A stretch of DNA of 64,000 nucleotides from assembly GCF_006345805.1 (NCBI RefSeq), contig NC_042997.1, forward strand, positions 90,334,001 through 90,398,000. The letters are read 5' to 3'. The position numbers were made by a program, and so were the translations under genes. Numbering within the stretch: position 1 is the first letter of the stretch; each line of letters opens with the position of its first letter. This DNA comes from Octopus sinensis (taxonomy: Eukaryota). This document shows, in pieces, positions 1-14,042 of the stretch. The notes under the pieces were generated by a model. It was not told where the DNA came from. It searched no databases and saw nothing but the letters and a program-made list of their open reading frames with translations.

Positions 1-1698
1 TAATTCTAGCTTTCATAGAGGAACACTTCCCAACCAGCCATAATTATTCAGGATTATTTCGTAGACATAATCTTAAAGTTACAATTAAACCAATAACATA
101 TATAAAATCACACACATTCTGGAAATAAAGTTATATATTCAGGCAGAAACACTAACGCATTGCTATAATATATGTATTGCAGCGCAGATGACATCATTTA
201 TGAAATGAAGCTTAATACCATAAAAACCTAACATATATGTAGCACTTCAGTGATACATTGACATTACGGAAGGGAAGTCTAATTAAAAATTCTAAGACTA
301 TACTTCCTGTTTTTGACATATCGATATGAAAATACTGCAAAATTAGCCGACTACATCTGAAAATCAAAAGAAAAGTTTCAAAGTACACCATTTGATAAAA
401 GACTTAAAAGAATGGTAATAAATGTGATTTTTCACTTCAAACAAACACCACTTCCTCAAAAGTCTACTATGATTAAGAAAAAGTAATTATGACTACTATT
501 TGAATATTAAGTAGGAAATGTTTTGAAAGCACAGGCACATCCATTTAACTCACACACTCACCCGCACGTATATACATGAGGACATGCATTTCTATGACCT
601 CGTTCTTAATTCTCATTTTCTTTCTTTCCCTTTTCTCTCGTTTATTTTTTATGTATTTTTTGTCAATTCTTTACTCGAATAATCACTCTTTTCTTCTCTT
701 TTTTTAATCTACTTTTGATGTGTCTTACTTTTCTCTTTAATTCTTGAGATTTCATTGTACTGTTATATGGAAATAATTCAATTTTCACCATTTCAGATTT
801 ATGAGCACAACGTAAACGGAAATGGTTTATTTTACTAAATTATTTGTCAGAAAAAGTAACAAATAACGGATCTGGTATGCTGAATATCCCCTAGACAGTA
901 AACTTTGGAAAATCTTGTTTTTGCATGACTTTCTATACACATACATTACTCAGCATATTTGTACTGAGTGCGATGACTTTTTGCTGCACTTTGAGGTTTT
1001 GTGTGTGAAGTTTCCGCATAAATTGCTCGTCGCTATTTCAAGTTTTTCTAACTTGAAAGTTATCTTAGTAGAGCTCTCGGCGTATATTTTCTTACCTCAG
1101 TGAGGCAGGATTTTTCAGTAGTGTTTAAACACTCTCACGCTTTATCTTACCTCCCTCGTGACCGACTGCTTTTTTATAGTAAGACTTCAACAAAAATGAG
1201 TAGTCACAAAACATTTGGTCGCATTGTTCAATGGTATAAGAGATTTTTTCCGACAACGACGTGTAATATCACCAACTAATAGCATTATGTTATCTAGTCA
1301 TGTGAGAATTGGTTCTTGTTGTTCTTCTTTAACCATGGGTTAGCTTCTGATCATGCAGGTCCCTGACCAAAGTCATTCTATATTTGATCGTCTGAGCTTC
1401 TTTTGAGATATAGTTCGATATAACTAAATTATTAAATGCGTTCTTCCCTTAGGAGCTGGTTGTCTTGCTTAACCCCTAGTTGAGAAGACCGATGGGCGTT
1501 TTCAGCCACGACCATCCCTTCTTTGAATATATCCAGAATTACATTTGCCTATGCACATTTTATGCTTTTAAAGACGGTAGTATAATTTGAAAGAGTTTTT
1601 GATGTTATTTCTGGCAGGAGGGATTACTGCATAGATTCTTCATCGGGTGGCACGTGAGGAATTGGCTGAGAGACAAAGCAGAAAAGAAATTGTGGTTA

Positions 1699-1730
<32 letters not shown>

Positions 1731-2435
1731 AGGAAAGAAAGAAGGAAAGAAAGAAGGAAGGAAGGAAGGGAAGAAAGAGTATAAATGATTGAAAAAATTA
1801 GATTAGATTACAGAATTTCCTTTCACAACTTGAGAATGAGAAACTATTATTTATGCTGATATCAGCAAATCTATGCTTATAGAGACAGCCAACAGGGAAA
1901 TTCTCTCTTTCTCTTTATTTCTTCTATGTTACATTACAAACTTCCATGATTAACTGGTATCCATTTGTGTTGTCGTTATTGTTGTTGTTGGTGGTGGTGC
2001 TGATGGTCGTCGTCGTAGTCGTGGAGATGATATTGGTGGTAATATTGGTGTTGTTGGTGTTGGTGGTGGTGCCCTTCTATTTATTACTGTTGTCGTCGCC
2101 ACTACCGCTGGTTGTGTTGATCTGCCTTTCTCTCACTTAAGAATGACATAGATGCTGCAATATTTCGTTTACTCCTGTTCATATAAATCTGGTATATAAA
2201 TGCGATTCACTCATAATGTATTATAATGTGGTTTTGCCACAATATACTACACAATAGGTCTATAGATTTCAACCAACAGTTTAATCTTAATTAAATACAC
2301 TGGACAGTCATAAGTAACTCGTATTAATACAGTTGGTGGACAAAAACATAAGATCTGCAAAGCCGAAGATTTCATCAGCAATTGAGTGACGCCTATAATT
2401 ATAACTATCCACGCATTCATAGAAACTATTTTATT

Positions 2436-3110
2436 AAGGCCGCGAGCGAGTAAAATCGCTAGTACTCTGGTGTCGATAAAATAAGTACCAGTTGAATACT
2501 GAGGGTGATGTAATCGACTTACACCTTCCCTGAAATTGCTGGCCTTGTACCAAAATCTGAAATTATTATTATTATTATTATTATTATTAATATTATTATT
2601 ATCATCATTATTATTATTAAAGGCAGCGCGCTGGCAGAATCGTTAGCACGCCGGGCGAAATGCTTAGCGATATTTCGTCTGCCGCTACGTTCTGAGTTCA
2701 AATTCCGCCGAGGTCAACTTTGCCTTATGTCCTTTCGGGGTCCAAGTAATCGACTAGTCCCCGGCAAAAAAATGCTAGCTTTATGCTTTTAGTAGAAAGG
2801 ATTACTATTATCGTTGTTGTTTACGGTGGTGAGCCGGCGGAGTCGTTAGAACGCCGGGTGAAATGCTTAGCAGCATTTCGCTTGTCTTCGCGTTCAAATT
2901 TCGAATTCCGCTGAGGTTGACTTTGCCTTTCATCCTTTCAGAGTTGATAAAATAAGTATCAGTTGAACATTTGGGTCGATGTGATTGACTTATCCCCTCC
3001 CCTCAAAATTTCCAGGCCTTGTGCCTTTAGTAGAAAGAATTATTATTTCTATTGTTTATAAGGTGGTGAACTGGCAGCATCGTCAGATCATATACTAGAC
3101 AATGCTTTGT
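2436..3110 (+). mobile_element. Cluster of 3-4 head-to-tail copies of tRNA-derived SINE family S1 (GGCGGCGAGCTGGCAGAATCGTTAG head), some internally deleted
   Basis: Repeated A-box-like head and B-box GAGTTCAAATTCC, then GAGGTCGACTTTGCCTTTCATCCTTTC...GATAAAATAAGTACCAG, at about 2436, 2620, 2823 and 3061. Copies are separated by (TTA)n. Confidence 0.85.
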
Positions 3111-3611
3111 GGCTATAACATTGGCTGTTGTGTGCTGGGTGCAGTTTAAAGGGTTCGGAGGCAGATCTGCTTTTACCTGGCCAATTACTCTTTCAAGTAC
3201 TGACTTTCGAAGAGTAGGGAGAGGGAAACAGTACCCTCAAAAGGGTTTTACGAAAATTGAGTCAAAGTGAAGAAATTGGCAAGACAAAAGTGGCTTTCAC
3301 TAATTATACAATTGTCACCAGGAGGTCAGAAACTCGGAGAAGCCACTTTTGAGGTCTTTGATACGGTAGAGTAAACCGGGACTTTATGTAGGATTTTTAC
3401 TCCGAATCATTCCAGATGGTTTCCTCTATATTGAGGAACTTTTTGTTGAGATTTTTTGTTATCTATTGTTTTCGTTGATTTTTGCCTTCTTTTAACTCGA
3501 TCTAAACTACATACTGTGCTGTGTTTTTCTTCCTTCTTCTGTCCCCAACGTTTGTATTTTTTTATGGTCAATTTAAGAAAACATTACTTTTAATATTATT
3601 CTTATAATCAA

Positions 3612-3795
3612 GGTGATGCGCTGGCTGAATTGTTACAACGCAGGACAAAGTGCTTCGTGACATGTATTTTAGCTTTACGTTCTGAGTTCAAATGTTGTCG
3701 AGGTCGAAAATATGTACTAATTGAACGCCGGGATTGATGTATTAATTAAGCTCCTCCCACAAAATTTCAGGCTTTATGCGTATTGTAGAAACAAT
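3612..3795 (+). mobile_element. SINE S1, degenerate copy
   Basis: AAGGTGATGCGCTGGCTGAATTGTTA head, TACGTTCTGAGTTCAAAT box, and CCCACAAAATTTCAGGCTTT tail. Confidence 0.75.
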
Positions 3796-3811
3796 TGTTG
3801 TTGTTGTTTTA

Positions 3812-4043
3812 TGTTGTTTTACTCCTCGGAGCGTTCGGTCTTGTTTGCTCTGGTAGATTCTGTGAGAGCAGACAGCAGCCTACTGTCAAATATCTCACAG
3901 TACATTATAAGCTTTGATAATTGGTTGTTAATTATCGTAGGAGACATTCAACATCCAAGTACCAATCTCAAAATCCTAGCTGTCCCCAGCAGAATAGCTT
4001 TTATGGCTTGCTCTGCTTTCATGTCAATTCTGATTTTTCTGAC
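3812..4043 (-). mobile_element. R4/Dong-clade LINE, extreme 3' fragment
   Basis: Minus strand reads EQAIKAILLGTARILRLVLGC*, the terminal motif (QKxAxLGTAxILR) of R4/Dong ORFs. Abuts (TTA)n. Confidence 0.75.

Positions 4044-4115
<72 letters not shown>
4044..4115. repeat. (TTA)n microsatellite
   Basis: Perfect TTA tract between two insertions. Confidence 0.98.
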
Positions 4116-4116
<1 letters not shown>

Positions 4117-4634
4117 TGAGTGAGAGAGTGGGATACAAATATACAAAGCCCAATATACACATCATGACTACCCGGCTGATAAGGGTACACCAGGCACATG
4201 CATGACAACCTTATTTGCGCGACATAGTGATCTTATATCAAGATAAACAGTACATGACCTTGCAGGTGAGGCCCAGTTAAAATTTTCTTCAGGTTGAGTA
4301 GCCCGTCCCACTCATAAGGTCACTGAATAAGGTTTGTTTTAAGGATGATGAACAAAAAACTCGTTTCCAGAGGTGAAATTTTCAAACCCCAAAGAATTGC
4401 TCTCAGCATATGGCCAAGATGCTCTCCCACTACTTCTGCTCGTGATCAGAGATACACATATCTACGGGACATGCTCAGCTGATTAAGGTCAAGAAACTGA
4501 CAAGCAAATCTGTATTATTGAGTAGAATATTTGTTGTGCCCCATCTTTTATACCAAGACAAAGCAATGTAAATGTAACACTTCCAATCATTTAAGATCAA
4601 AAGCCATGAGAGCCACTGCTTGGCACTGCGTCAG
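4116..4634 (-). mobile_element. Unclassified non-coding interspersed repeat (about 520 bp) bounded by (TAA)n on both sides
   Basis: No credible ORF. Shares AGGCACATGCATxACAACCxTATxTGCGCGACATxGTGATC and the terminal CTCTCACT with an opposite-orientation fragment at 20240-20326. Confidence 0.65.
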
Positions 4635-4812
<178 letters not shown>

Positions 4813-5974
4813 CTATGTTCGACTTTTGCTTTATATTTGTACAAGTTGGCTCCAAGTCTCACCCAGAGACCTCAAGAGACAACAGGCTGGAAGTTCATGT
4901 TGTTTATGCCTAGGGTGCCATATATTTGTTTTTTTTTTGGGTGTTGTACTAGTGAATGTCTAAAAAAAAAACAACGAAAATTATGTTTGTTTTAAAACTT
5001 GAGATTACATAGAGAGTATTTTGCGTAGGATATGAGCAGTTCCCATGAGCACTATCTTTTGAATTTCTGCCATTTTTGGGTTTCCTGGTATCTGAGTTAG
5101 GTAGCAATCAGCCCCTTTTGCTATCATTCCCAGAGCACCTATGACAACAGGTATTGTTTTAGTCTTCAGGTTCCACATTTTGCTGATTTATATTTCAAGA
5201 TCTTTATATTTGCTCAGTTTTTGGTAGGTCTTGACAGATACGTTTATATCGATTGGGAGAGTCATATCAATGAGGATGCATGTTTTTTTGTCTGAAGTCT
5301 TTCAATATGATGTCTGGCCTATTTGCAACTATCTTTCTGTCAGTTTGAATGGTGAAGTTCCAAAGGAGTGAGATGTGGTCATTTTCAAGCAATGGAGGTG
5401 GTTTGTGTTCCCACCAGTTTTTTGTCATGGGGAAAATCCAGGTTATTGCAAATTACCCAGTGAATATATTGTGCAGCTCTATCATGCCTGTTGAGATACT
5501 CTGTAGGCGCTAGAAGACTGCACTTGGAGACAACATGATTAATGGTTTCATTTTGTTGTCGGCATACACGACATGTTGGGCTACTGCCGTTCTTTAATGT
5601 TGGCCTGGTAGTTTCTTGTTGGTAGGCTTTGATCTTGAGCTGCTATGATAACCCCTTCTGTTTCAGATTTTAAGCCAGAGGCCATTAGCCATTGATGGGT
5701 CAGGGTTTTGTCAACATCTGCATTATTCGCTCTCTTTGGGTATTTGCCATAGAGAGGTTTTTCTTGCCATTTATCAATCAGAATATCTAAGGCCGCAGTT
5801 TTAGCACGGGTTTTCATGCTCTTAGCTTTTTCTGTGCTTGTTTCTTGTATGTTTAATTCCTAAATTTGTTGTATTCGGAATTCACTTAGATATTCCTTTG
5901 CCTGTTTTGTTACTGAGTATGATGCTTTCTTGTTTTCATGTTTTGAGACAAGTTTTAACATCAAGTCCTGAGAG

Positions 5975-5975
<1 letters not shown>
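4813..5975 (-). mobile_element. R4/Dong-clade LINE, 5'-truncated (CCHC finger, restriction-like endonuclease, 3'UTR)
   Basis: Minus-strand translation across frameshifts gives WLMASGLKSETEGVIIAAQDQSL, CRVCRQQNETINHVVSKC, LWNFTIQTDRKIVANRPDII, and IQKIVLMGTAHILRKILSM* (stop at 5005-5007). Confidence 0.92.
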
Positions 5976-6070
<95 letters not shown>

Positions 6071-6087
6071 GCTGCTGCTGCTGCTGC

Positions 6088-6160
<73 letters not shown>

Positions 6161-6174
6161 ATATTATTATTATT
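5976..6174. repeat. Compound (TTA)n/(TTG)n/(CTG)n microsatellite
   Basis: Seen directly. Confidence 0.98.
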
Positions 6175-6411
6175 TGTTGTCTTTACACGGCTTTAACGCT
6201 GGAGATGTACTACGGTTTCAGTTGTTCACTGCCAGTGAACTAAGGTAACACCTTTTATTTTTCGAGCATCATCCAGAGTATTCGAGCAATTCCAATCAGC
6301 GCTGTTTTCTGAAAGTGCTCCACCCTTATTGTAGCCCCTATTTGTTCCATGTACTTCTCAAGATTTTTAGTCACTGTTCCCAAGGCTCCGACAATTATGG
6401 TACTACTACTA
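6175..6411 (-). mobile_element. R4/Dong LINE subfamily B, short 3' fragment
   Basis: VVPIIVGALGTVTKNLEKYMEQIGATIRVEHFQKTAL. The 3'UTR AACGCTGGAGATGT...GAACTAAGGTAACACC is shared with 6445 and 26450. Confidence 0.88.
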
Positions 6412-6444
6412 CAAAATTTTTGCATTATCATTGTTATTATTATT

Positions 6445-7243
6445 GCCTTTTCACAGCTTCCAACGCTGGAGATGTATTACAGTGTCAGCTGTCCACTAAC
6501 AGGGAACTAAGGTAACACCTCTTATTTTTCGAGCACCTTCAGGAGTATTCGAGCGGTTCCAAGCAGTGTTGTTTTCTGAAACTGCTCCACTCTTATTGCA
6601 GCCCATATTTGTTCCACGTACTTCTAGAGAATTTTGCTCACTGTTCCCAGGGCTCCGACAATTAATGGTACTACTGCTACCTTTTTCATCGACCCCAAAC
6701 TGCTTCACTTCCCAAGCTAACCTGTCATATCTGTCGACTTCTCTTTCTTCATTATTACATACCTTATTGTTCGCTGGGCATGCTATATCTATAATCCAGC
6801 ATAGTTTTTTTCTTTCTCAATTAAGACTATATCCGGCTTCCTATTCTCTATTTCATGGTCGCACTGAATCATAAAATTCCATAGGATCTTTGCATTTCCA
6901 TTTTCGACGATGCCTTCAGGTTCGTGGTCGTACCAATTTTTTGCTGTCAAGTCCATACTTGTTACAAAGTGTCCAATGGACAAGCTTCACTATATTGTCG
7001 TGGCGTCTCTTATATTCCTTCTGGGCTAGTGGCGTACATTGGCTGGTAACATACCATACAGTTTCACCGTTTTGTTTACATATTCTACACTTATCAATTT
7101 CTGATGTGTTGTCTATTCTGTATTTTATTATGTAGTTTGTTCTTAGAGCTTGCTCTTGGGCAGCACAGATTAGAGCCTCTGTTTCCGGTTTTAAATCCCT
7201 TTTAGTCATCCACAGCTATCTTTTTTCCCTGTCTGTCTTCTTC
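6445..7243 (-). mobile_element. R4/Dong LINE subfamily B, 5'-truncated
   Basis: [76 protein letters not shown]. Flanked by TTA/TTG tracts. Confidence 0.93.
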
Positions 7244-7278
7244 TTATTATTATTATGATTATTATTATTATTATTATT

Positions 7279-7316
<38 letters not shown>

Positions 7317-7699
7317 CCAGGATCAATCGTGGACCTTAAGAGCTGTCAGATTCCCACAGCCCTGTGCCAGTCGAGCACTGCGGTTGGTGAATGTTCTACC
7401 ATGGCGTTGTAGAGTGGATCAATGGTGGGAAAGGGAGACGACGTTCTCTGGGAATCCCTAGGCGTCAATGGAAATCAACTGGCTGATCTTTAACCGGATG
7501 ACTTTTGGCTGGGAGCCCATAAATAATTCCCTGATCTATCGGTGCTAGAAACAGTACAACCAGATAGTCTTTGCAGGAAAAAGCAGAGAACAAAAAATAC
7601 GACACAGCAACTACGTGAATGGCTCTAAGTGAAGAAAGGCTAAGAGCAAACATTTGGGTTTGCGAGTTGCTTTCATAAGGGTAACGTTGGAGTTTTCCA

Positions 7700-8295
7700 G
7701 TTGTTCAAATTCCAGTAGTTCAAATTCAAGCAATTTTAAGACGTACACACAGAAATTACTGTTACAATCAAAGGCGCTCATTTACTGATCTTTACTATCA
7801 AGGGAGCTCATACTACGATTTACTACATACTCCCCAAGCATAGGTGGAACCATTTAACAAAAACTCCAAAAAAGTATACATCATAAATACATGGTTTGAA
7901 ATATTGCAAAATACAGAAAAGAAAATCACATAAGATTTCAAATATAGTAAATGTCTGTTAGCTTTTTGAGCCAATGTACATGTCTATCGCTTCTGGTAGT
8001 CGTGGTATGTGAAAGCGGACGTGAAGGCAATGTTTAAAAATCTGTGTGTCGTCAGTAGTGGGGGTGGAAATAGTTTTATCTGTGAAAGTTTTTTTCAGGC
8101 TGTTGACAGAAACATTGTCTTTACGACCGTTTAGGTACAACATGAAAAAATTATTTGTGCGTGAAAGGATACGGAAAGGTCCTGCATACGGTGCTGTTAA
8201 TTTAGGATGAGTAAATTTATATATGAATCTGAATTCATATCAGTACATACAAAAAGAATCTGTCTCGTGAAACTTTTGGTACCGACGTGAACTCC
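7700..8295 (-). mobile_element. Gypsy LTR-retrotransposon 3' remnant (integrase GPY/F module, PPT, start of 3' LTR)
   Basis: Minus strand reads PKLTAPYAGPFRILSRTNNFFMLYLNGRKDNVSVNSLKKTF and later HVRF. A purine tract GGGGAGTA (7828-7835) is followed by TGTAGT, giving an LTR start at 7827. The far LTR end is not defined. Confidence 0.78.
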
Positions 8296-8301
8296 GACCG
8301 C

Positions 8302-8302
<1 letters not shown>

Positions 8303-8358
<56 letters not shown>

Positions 8359-8410
8359 ACACACACACGTACACACACTCATACACACTCACGCACGCTC
8401 ACACACGCAC

Positions 8411-8444
<34 letters not shown>

Positions 8445-8465
8445 CACACACACACACACACACAT
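8303..8465. repeat. (CA)n microsatellite
   Basis: Seen directly. Similar (CA)n, (TA)n and (CATA)n tracts recur throughout the window. Confidence 0.98.
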
Positions 8466-9075
8466 TCTACGTATGCAGCCGTGCACTTTCATGTGATGTA
8501 ACGGCTATACTTGACACGCGTTAGCTTCGTACAGTTGTATTAAAAACTCGGCTTTATGTTGTTCCTCTTCTTGTCTGAGTCTCTTATTGAGATGATTTTA
8601 TGATTCCTCTAGCCTTCCTGTTTTTTTCTTCTCTTTTCCTCTTTGCTTTTCAATTTTTACCTATTTTTTTTTCTGCACCCCCTCTCCGCGTTTTTTATAT
8701 TTACTTTTTTTTCTTTTTGGAAGATTCCTTACAATGGATGTAAACGACTATGGATTTATCAGGTAGAGATATCGAATAGAGATAGGTAGAATGCAATTAT
8801 CAAGGACTTCTCAAAGTCACCCTCCACCATACACAACTGCCTCACATTCTAACTCCCCACCACCGCTGCTGCCGTTGTCGTCACCACCACCACCACCAGC
8901 ATCACCACCACCACCATCACCACTACCACCTCCACCACTGAATTCACCCACAGTTCTACTGCCACACTGCCTTGTTCTCTTACACGTAATTTCATCGAGA
9001 TACAAACTTTCACACACGCGCGCGCGCACATATGCACGCATATATGTATATATAAGTATTTATATATATATATAT

Positions 9076-9194
<119 letters not shown>

Positions 9195-9435
9195 GCATAT
9201 ATCATATACACATATATATAATGTGCGATTGTAATAACAAAATAGTCGGAGTCGGGAACCTTCGATTTTAGAGACCATCAGTCTCCTCAGAATACTTTAC
9301 TCCACAAAATACCTATCACACTATACTAAAACACATGATACAACAACAACACAACCGCCGCCATTTTACATAATGCAACTCTACACTTTTACTCTTTTGC
9401 TATTATAAATATACATACATACATACATACATACA

Positions 9436-9471
<36 letters not shown>

Positions 9472-9882
9472 TATATATACATATATACCACAGAACAGTA
9501 CAAGCACACCACATTGCAGCCGCACTTCCATCATACCATACCACAGAACAGCACCGTCACACCACACCACCAAACCGAAGTGGCAGAACGTGTGAAAATA
9601 GTTGCATTGTGGGTTACCGACGTAAGACAGGCCTAAGAACGGGTTGATCAGAAAAAAGCTTGCACGTGTCTCACACCTTTAGAGTGATTTCCTTGCCATC
9701 GGGCCACATAGTGTGCAATAATTGTTAACAAAAATAGAAGAAAGAGAAGAAATAATAATAATAATAAAATATGAGAAGAGAAGACGGAAAGAAAGAAAGA
9801 CGAAGGTGCCAATTAAAAGATAGTGCGTGGATGGATGTAGGCTGGCGATAGTGGGCGGTCTTAGAGTATTTCAGTTACTTTT

Positions 9883-9956
<74 letters not shown>

Positions 9957-10559
9957 TAAGCTTGTATATACATGCATTTTTTGTATATGTATACGTATGT
10001 ATATGCATGCATCTATACACACATATATGTATATATAATATATATACATACTTACAGGCATATATATATGTACATATATTATATATACGTGCACACACAT
10101 AGACACATCTATATATCTATATGTGTGTGTGTGCGTGTTTGTGTTTATGCACGTGTATTTATATAATATATATATGCGTGTGTGTGTGTATATATATACA
10201 TACGTATACGTATGCATAAATGCATGTATATGAATAAAGATAAGCATGTATATATATATATATATGTATATACACACACACATACATATATATTTTGGGA
10301 CGCATATGTATATGTGCATATATGAATGTGTGTCTGTATAGGTCTGCGTACATGTGTGTATGTGTATGTATTTGTTCGGGTACATGTGTGTGTCCGTATG
10401 CGTGTGTGTATTTTCGTATATATATTAGTGCATGTGCGTGTGTTATTGAATCTATGTGTATTTTTAATAATGTGCATGTGTACTTTATTATACACACTAT
10501 AATGTGTACATGTAATTCGTTCTGCATGCGTGAATGTGTATGCAAGTATTCTGGGTGCG

Positions 10560-11879
10560 TATGGTTCTGGTTGTATGTATATATCAGCGAATGTACATTC
10601 TTCATGATCCTCTCAGGCCCTCCGAGCTTGGTGACATCGGTGGTACGGTTGATGTGCATCTGTACGTTGACGTTTGCGGGTATAATACGAGCAGGAGGGA
10701 AAAATCGAGAAATTTGACACGCTTGGGAGTAAAGATCGGGTGAATTGATAAGTGTGAGGCCTGAAGTAGAGAGATACACAATAAGAGTAATGATAGGAGG
10801 AGAGACAGATGTGTTGTGTGAGATTGAGTTGAGGTGATATGTCGCCTAACCAGTTCAGAGGAACAGAAGCCGTTGTTGTAGCGAGAGTATAGACAGGGAG
10901 AGGAGACAGCCAGTGTATGGGACAGGAGGTGTTAGTGAATCTTCACTAATCAGGTCTTTATTTAGATGCAATCTAGGATCTTGGCTTGTACACAATAACA
11001 GTACCATCACAGATATGAGAGTCATATTAATACATAATGTGAGTCTTAACTCAGTTTTGTAGAGAATCAGTAGTCGATCAGTAGTCGATCAGTAGTCGAT
11101 CAGTAGTCGATCAGTAGTCGATCAGTAGTCGATCAGTAGTCGATCAGCTGTAGCTGAACTGGAGTCTTTGGGTTATAGTCTTAGCTATGTTATGTTTGAA
11201 TTATTTCTAGGAGACTATATTAGGGGTTCTGAGGACTGCCATATGTGTCTTAATTTTATGTTATTGAAGAGAAAAAGTATTTCTTTGATATGTACAGTAG
11301 TTGCTCTATTTCACATTTGAAAGCTACAGAATTTTATTGTCTCCAAGATATTTTCATATTTTTTTGTTTATAGAGGGTAGTACAGCGTTGATGTGAACGT
11401 CATCTGTCTGCAGAAGATTAAGGTGAAGTAATGAGTGATATCATTTGTATAGGAGAGTGTATTGTTAGTGGTGACAGTAAGTAAATAGATTGTTAATGTA
11501 CAAGAGGAGGAGTGTAAAAGCCTTAAACAAACTTTTGTTCACACCAGAACTGATTACCATTCAGAAAGAGTCCCATCAGAGCACACTGCAACGACGCAAT
11601 CTGACGATGAAAGATATTTGAAGCCAATTGAGGATATTCTCAAGCCAAACACGGTGGAAAGCTTGGTTGGCTTTAAATTCAATGACATTGCGTTTTTCTC
11701 AATTTTTCAATGGCGCGGAATAACTGACATATAACAGCAGCTCCCAAGTAACCTTTACAAATGCCGTACAGTTGATTGGTAATGACGAAGAGATACTTAA
11801 GGTATTGCAAGAAGTATTTTTACTCCATTTTCATTATCTCTGAAACACAGAGGGGAGAAAGAGAGAGAGAGAGAGTGGG

Positions 11880-11925
<46 letters not shown>

Positions 11926-12070
11926 CAAGCAATAGGTCGATAATTAGCAAGGTTACCATCTCTTTGAATAAGGCACACTGTTTCCAAAGATTGGAGTGGA
12001 TAGATGCCGATAGTTAAAGAAAGATTGGAGAGTTTCACGAGGATATCAAATATTTCTTAGCGTACAGTTT
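10560..12070 (-). mobile_element. Old, highly degenerate CR1/L2-group LINE (RT domain and 3' end)
   Basis: Across stops and frameshifts, in colinear order: NYRPIA, EFKANQAFHRVWLENILNWL (motif A), DGTLSE..SSGV (motif B), LLLYINNL..SYTNDIT (YADD remnant), LYKT..YDSHICDG, RYNNGFCSSEL. The segment 12070-12330 may be its upstream linker. Confidence 0.75.
11066..11147. repeat. Perfect 11-bp minisatellite (ATCAGTAGTCG) x7 plus a partial unit
   Basis: Seven identical units counted, located inside the old LINE. Confidence 0.97.
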
Positions 12071-12957
12071 GAAACTAATAGATGCAGGGTCGGTGAACTG
12101 CCTCTTCTTTTCTTTTGCTTTTGTCTCGGCAAGGGACCAATTTCTTGCCGAACAACTTGTACAGGTGAGTTTTTTTATAGTACTCAAACAGGCATTGTCT
12201 CTAAAAGTGCATGGCGTGCCACATGTCAGACGTCGAAGAGATCGCAGAAATGAAGAGCTTTTGTTCACGAAACAACGCACCACCTGGTCCGGCAATCGAA
12301 ACTACGATTTTGCGATCGTCAGTGCAACACCCTCACAAACATACATGTTCTTCTTTCCATACTCTCTCTAATACTTCATCACACCTTTCTCTCCATAACA
12401 AATACACAAATATACTTCTCTCTCACACAATCTAGTATGTCTTCTCGTCAGTACTAATCCACACAATGTATTTATTGTGTCGTTTTGTCTCTAACAATTA
12501 CGTTCTTTTAAAAGTCTGCTTTGTCTTAACCCATTTTTGTACAAATGTATTGCAAATGCATAGAAGTCGATCACGTGATAACGTGGCTACAGAAAGACTG
12601 AAAATATATCTAAGCAGACGATAAGGTAGCAAGCAATGAAATATTTCTTACAAACTATCAATTAACTATAGTAGTAGTTGAGGTGGGAAGGAAGCATTGA
12701 TTTGAACAGTAAACATCGTAGGCATTTCTCTTATTCCGAATAACATAACTGTTCTTGTTTTTATTTTATTTTCAAACGTCATCGTCTCTTCCTTCTCTTC
12801 CTCCTCCTTCTTCATCCACCTTCTTCCCCTTCTTCCTTTTCTTCTTCCACCTCCTCCACTCCCATCTCCCTTCTTCTATCTCCTCTCCCTCCTCTTCCAA
12901 CTCCTCTCCCTCCTCCTCCACTTCCTCTTTCGTCTTTCTCTTCCTCTACTACTACTG

Positions 12958-13027
<70 letters not shown>

Positions 13028-13079
13028 ACTACTACTACTACTACTCAGAACGACGACTGCGACGGCAAACGATTTTTTA

Positions 13080-13215
13080 CTATAGGCACAAGGTTGCGAG
13101 GAAGGGTGCAAGGGTATTTCGATTAAGTCGAACTGTACTCTACTGGTACTTTAATTTTTCCGCCTTCGAAAAAATTGAAAATATCATTCAACTGGGTGTC
13201 ATTTAAACTCGCGAT
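13080..13215 (-). mobile_element. SINE S1 degenerate fragment
   Basis: Reverse complement contains AATTAAAGTACCAGTA, ATCGAC-like and CCTTGTGCCTATAGTA motifs. Confidence 0.55.
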
Positions 13216-13997
13216 TTGACTCTATGGAGTCATGTGACTCAAGAGACAAATAAACGCTGTTCATATCTAATATCATTTATACTTTTAGTACAGATGTCTA
13301 TAATAAAGATACATTCACAAGAAATATATATATATATGTATGTATGTATGTATGTATATAAGTACATGTGTATATACACATAAATCGAAGTGTACTGTAT
13401 TATATATGCTTTACGACCGATCTTGCCAATCGCTTTCGCACTGAAGGTTCACCGAGATGTTAAGTAACAAATAGATTATGTGATTTTGTGTTCTTCAGAG
13501 TTGGCAGTTATGGAAGAAAATATGGTGACTGCTCTCTAATGTAGTTGCAGAGACATATCAAGTTTGTGAATGTCGTGGAAAAAGACGAAGCGAACTGAGC
13601 AGGGTTAGATTTTCTTTCACAACTAACAACTCTGAAAAGCGCAGGCTTACATAATCGAGTTGTTATCTAATATCCTGTTGAATACCCAGTGCGAAACCGA
13701 TTGCTAAACTCAGCCGTAATGGATTTACAACACTGTGCACTTCATATATATATATATGAAGTATGTATGTATATGTGTATACTATCTTTTACCTTTTATG
13801 TTTTTGTTGGTTCAGTCATTAGATTGCGATCATGCTGAAGAGCACTGTCTTCTACAATTTTGGTCAAACGAATCAAATTATTTTATCGATCTCTTATCCG
13901 GAACTGCTACATGACGGGGATGTAAACATACCGAGCGGTGGCAGGAGCAACCATAGACACAAAGACACACACACAAACACACACGCACGCACACGCG

Positions 13998-14042
<45 letters not shown>

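Noticed and set aside
3120-3480. Possible old CR1 linker fragment on the minus strand
   Set aside because: Only faint motif resemblance (KADL); not supportable by eye.
11066-11147. CRISPR-like array
   Set aside because: Contiguous identical 11-mers without spacers, in eukaryotic DNA.
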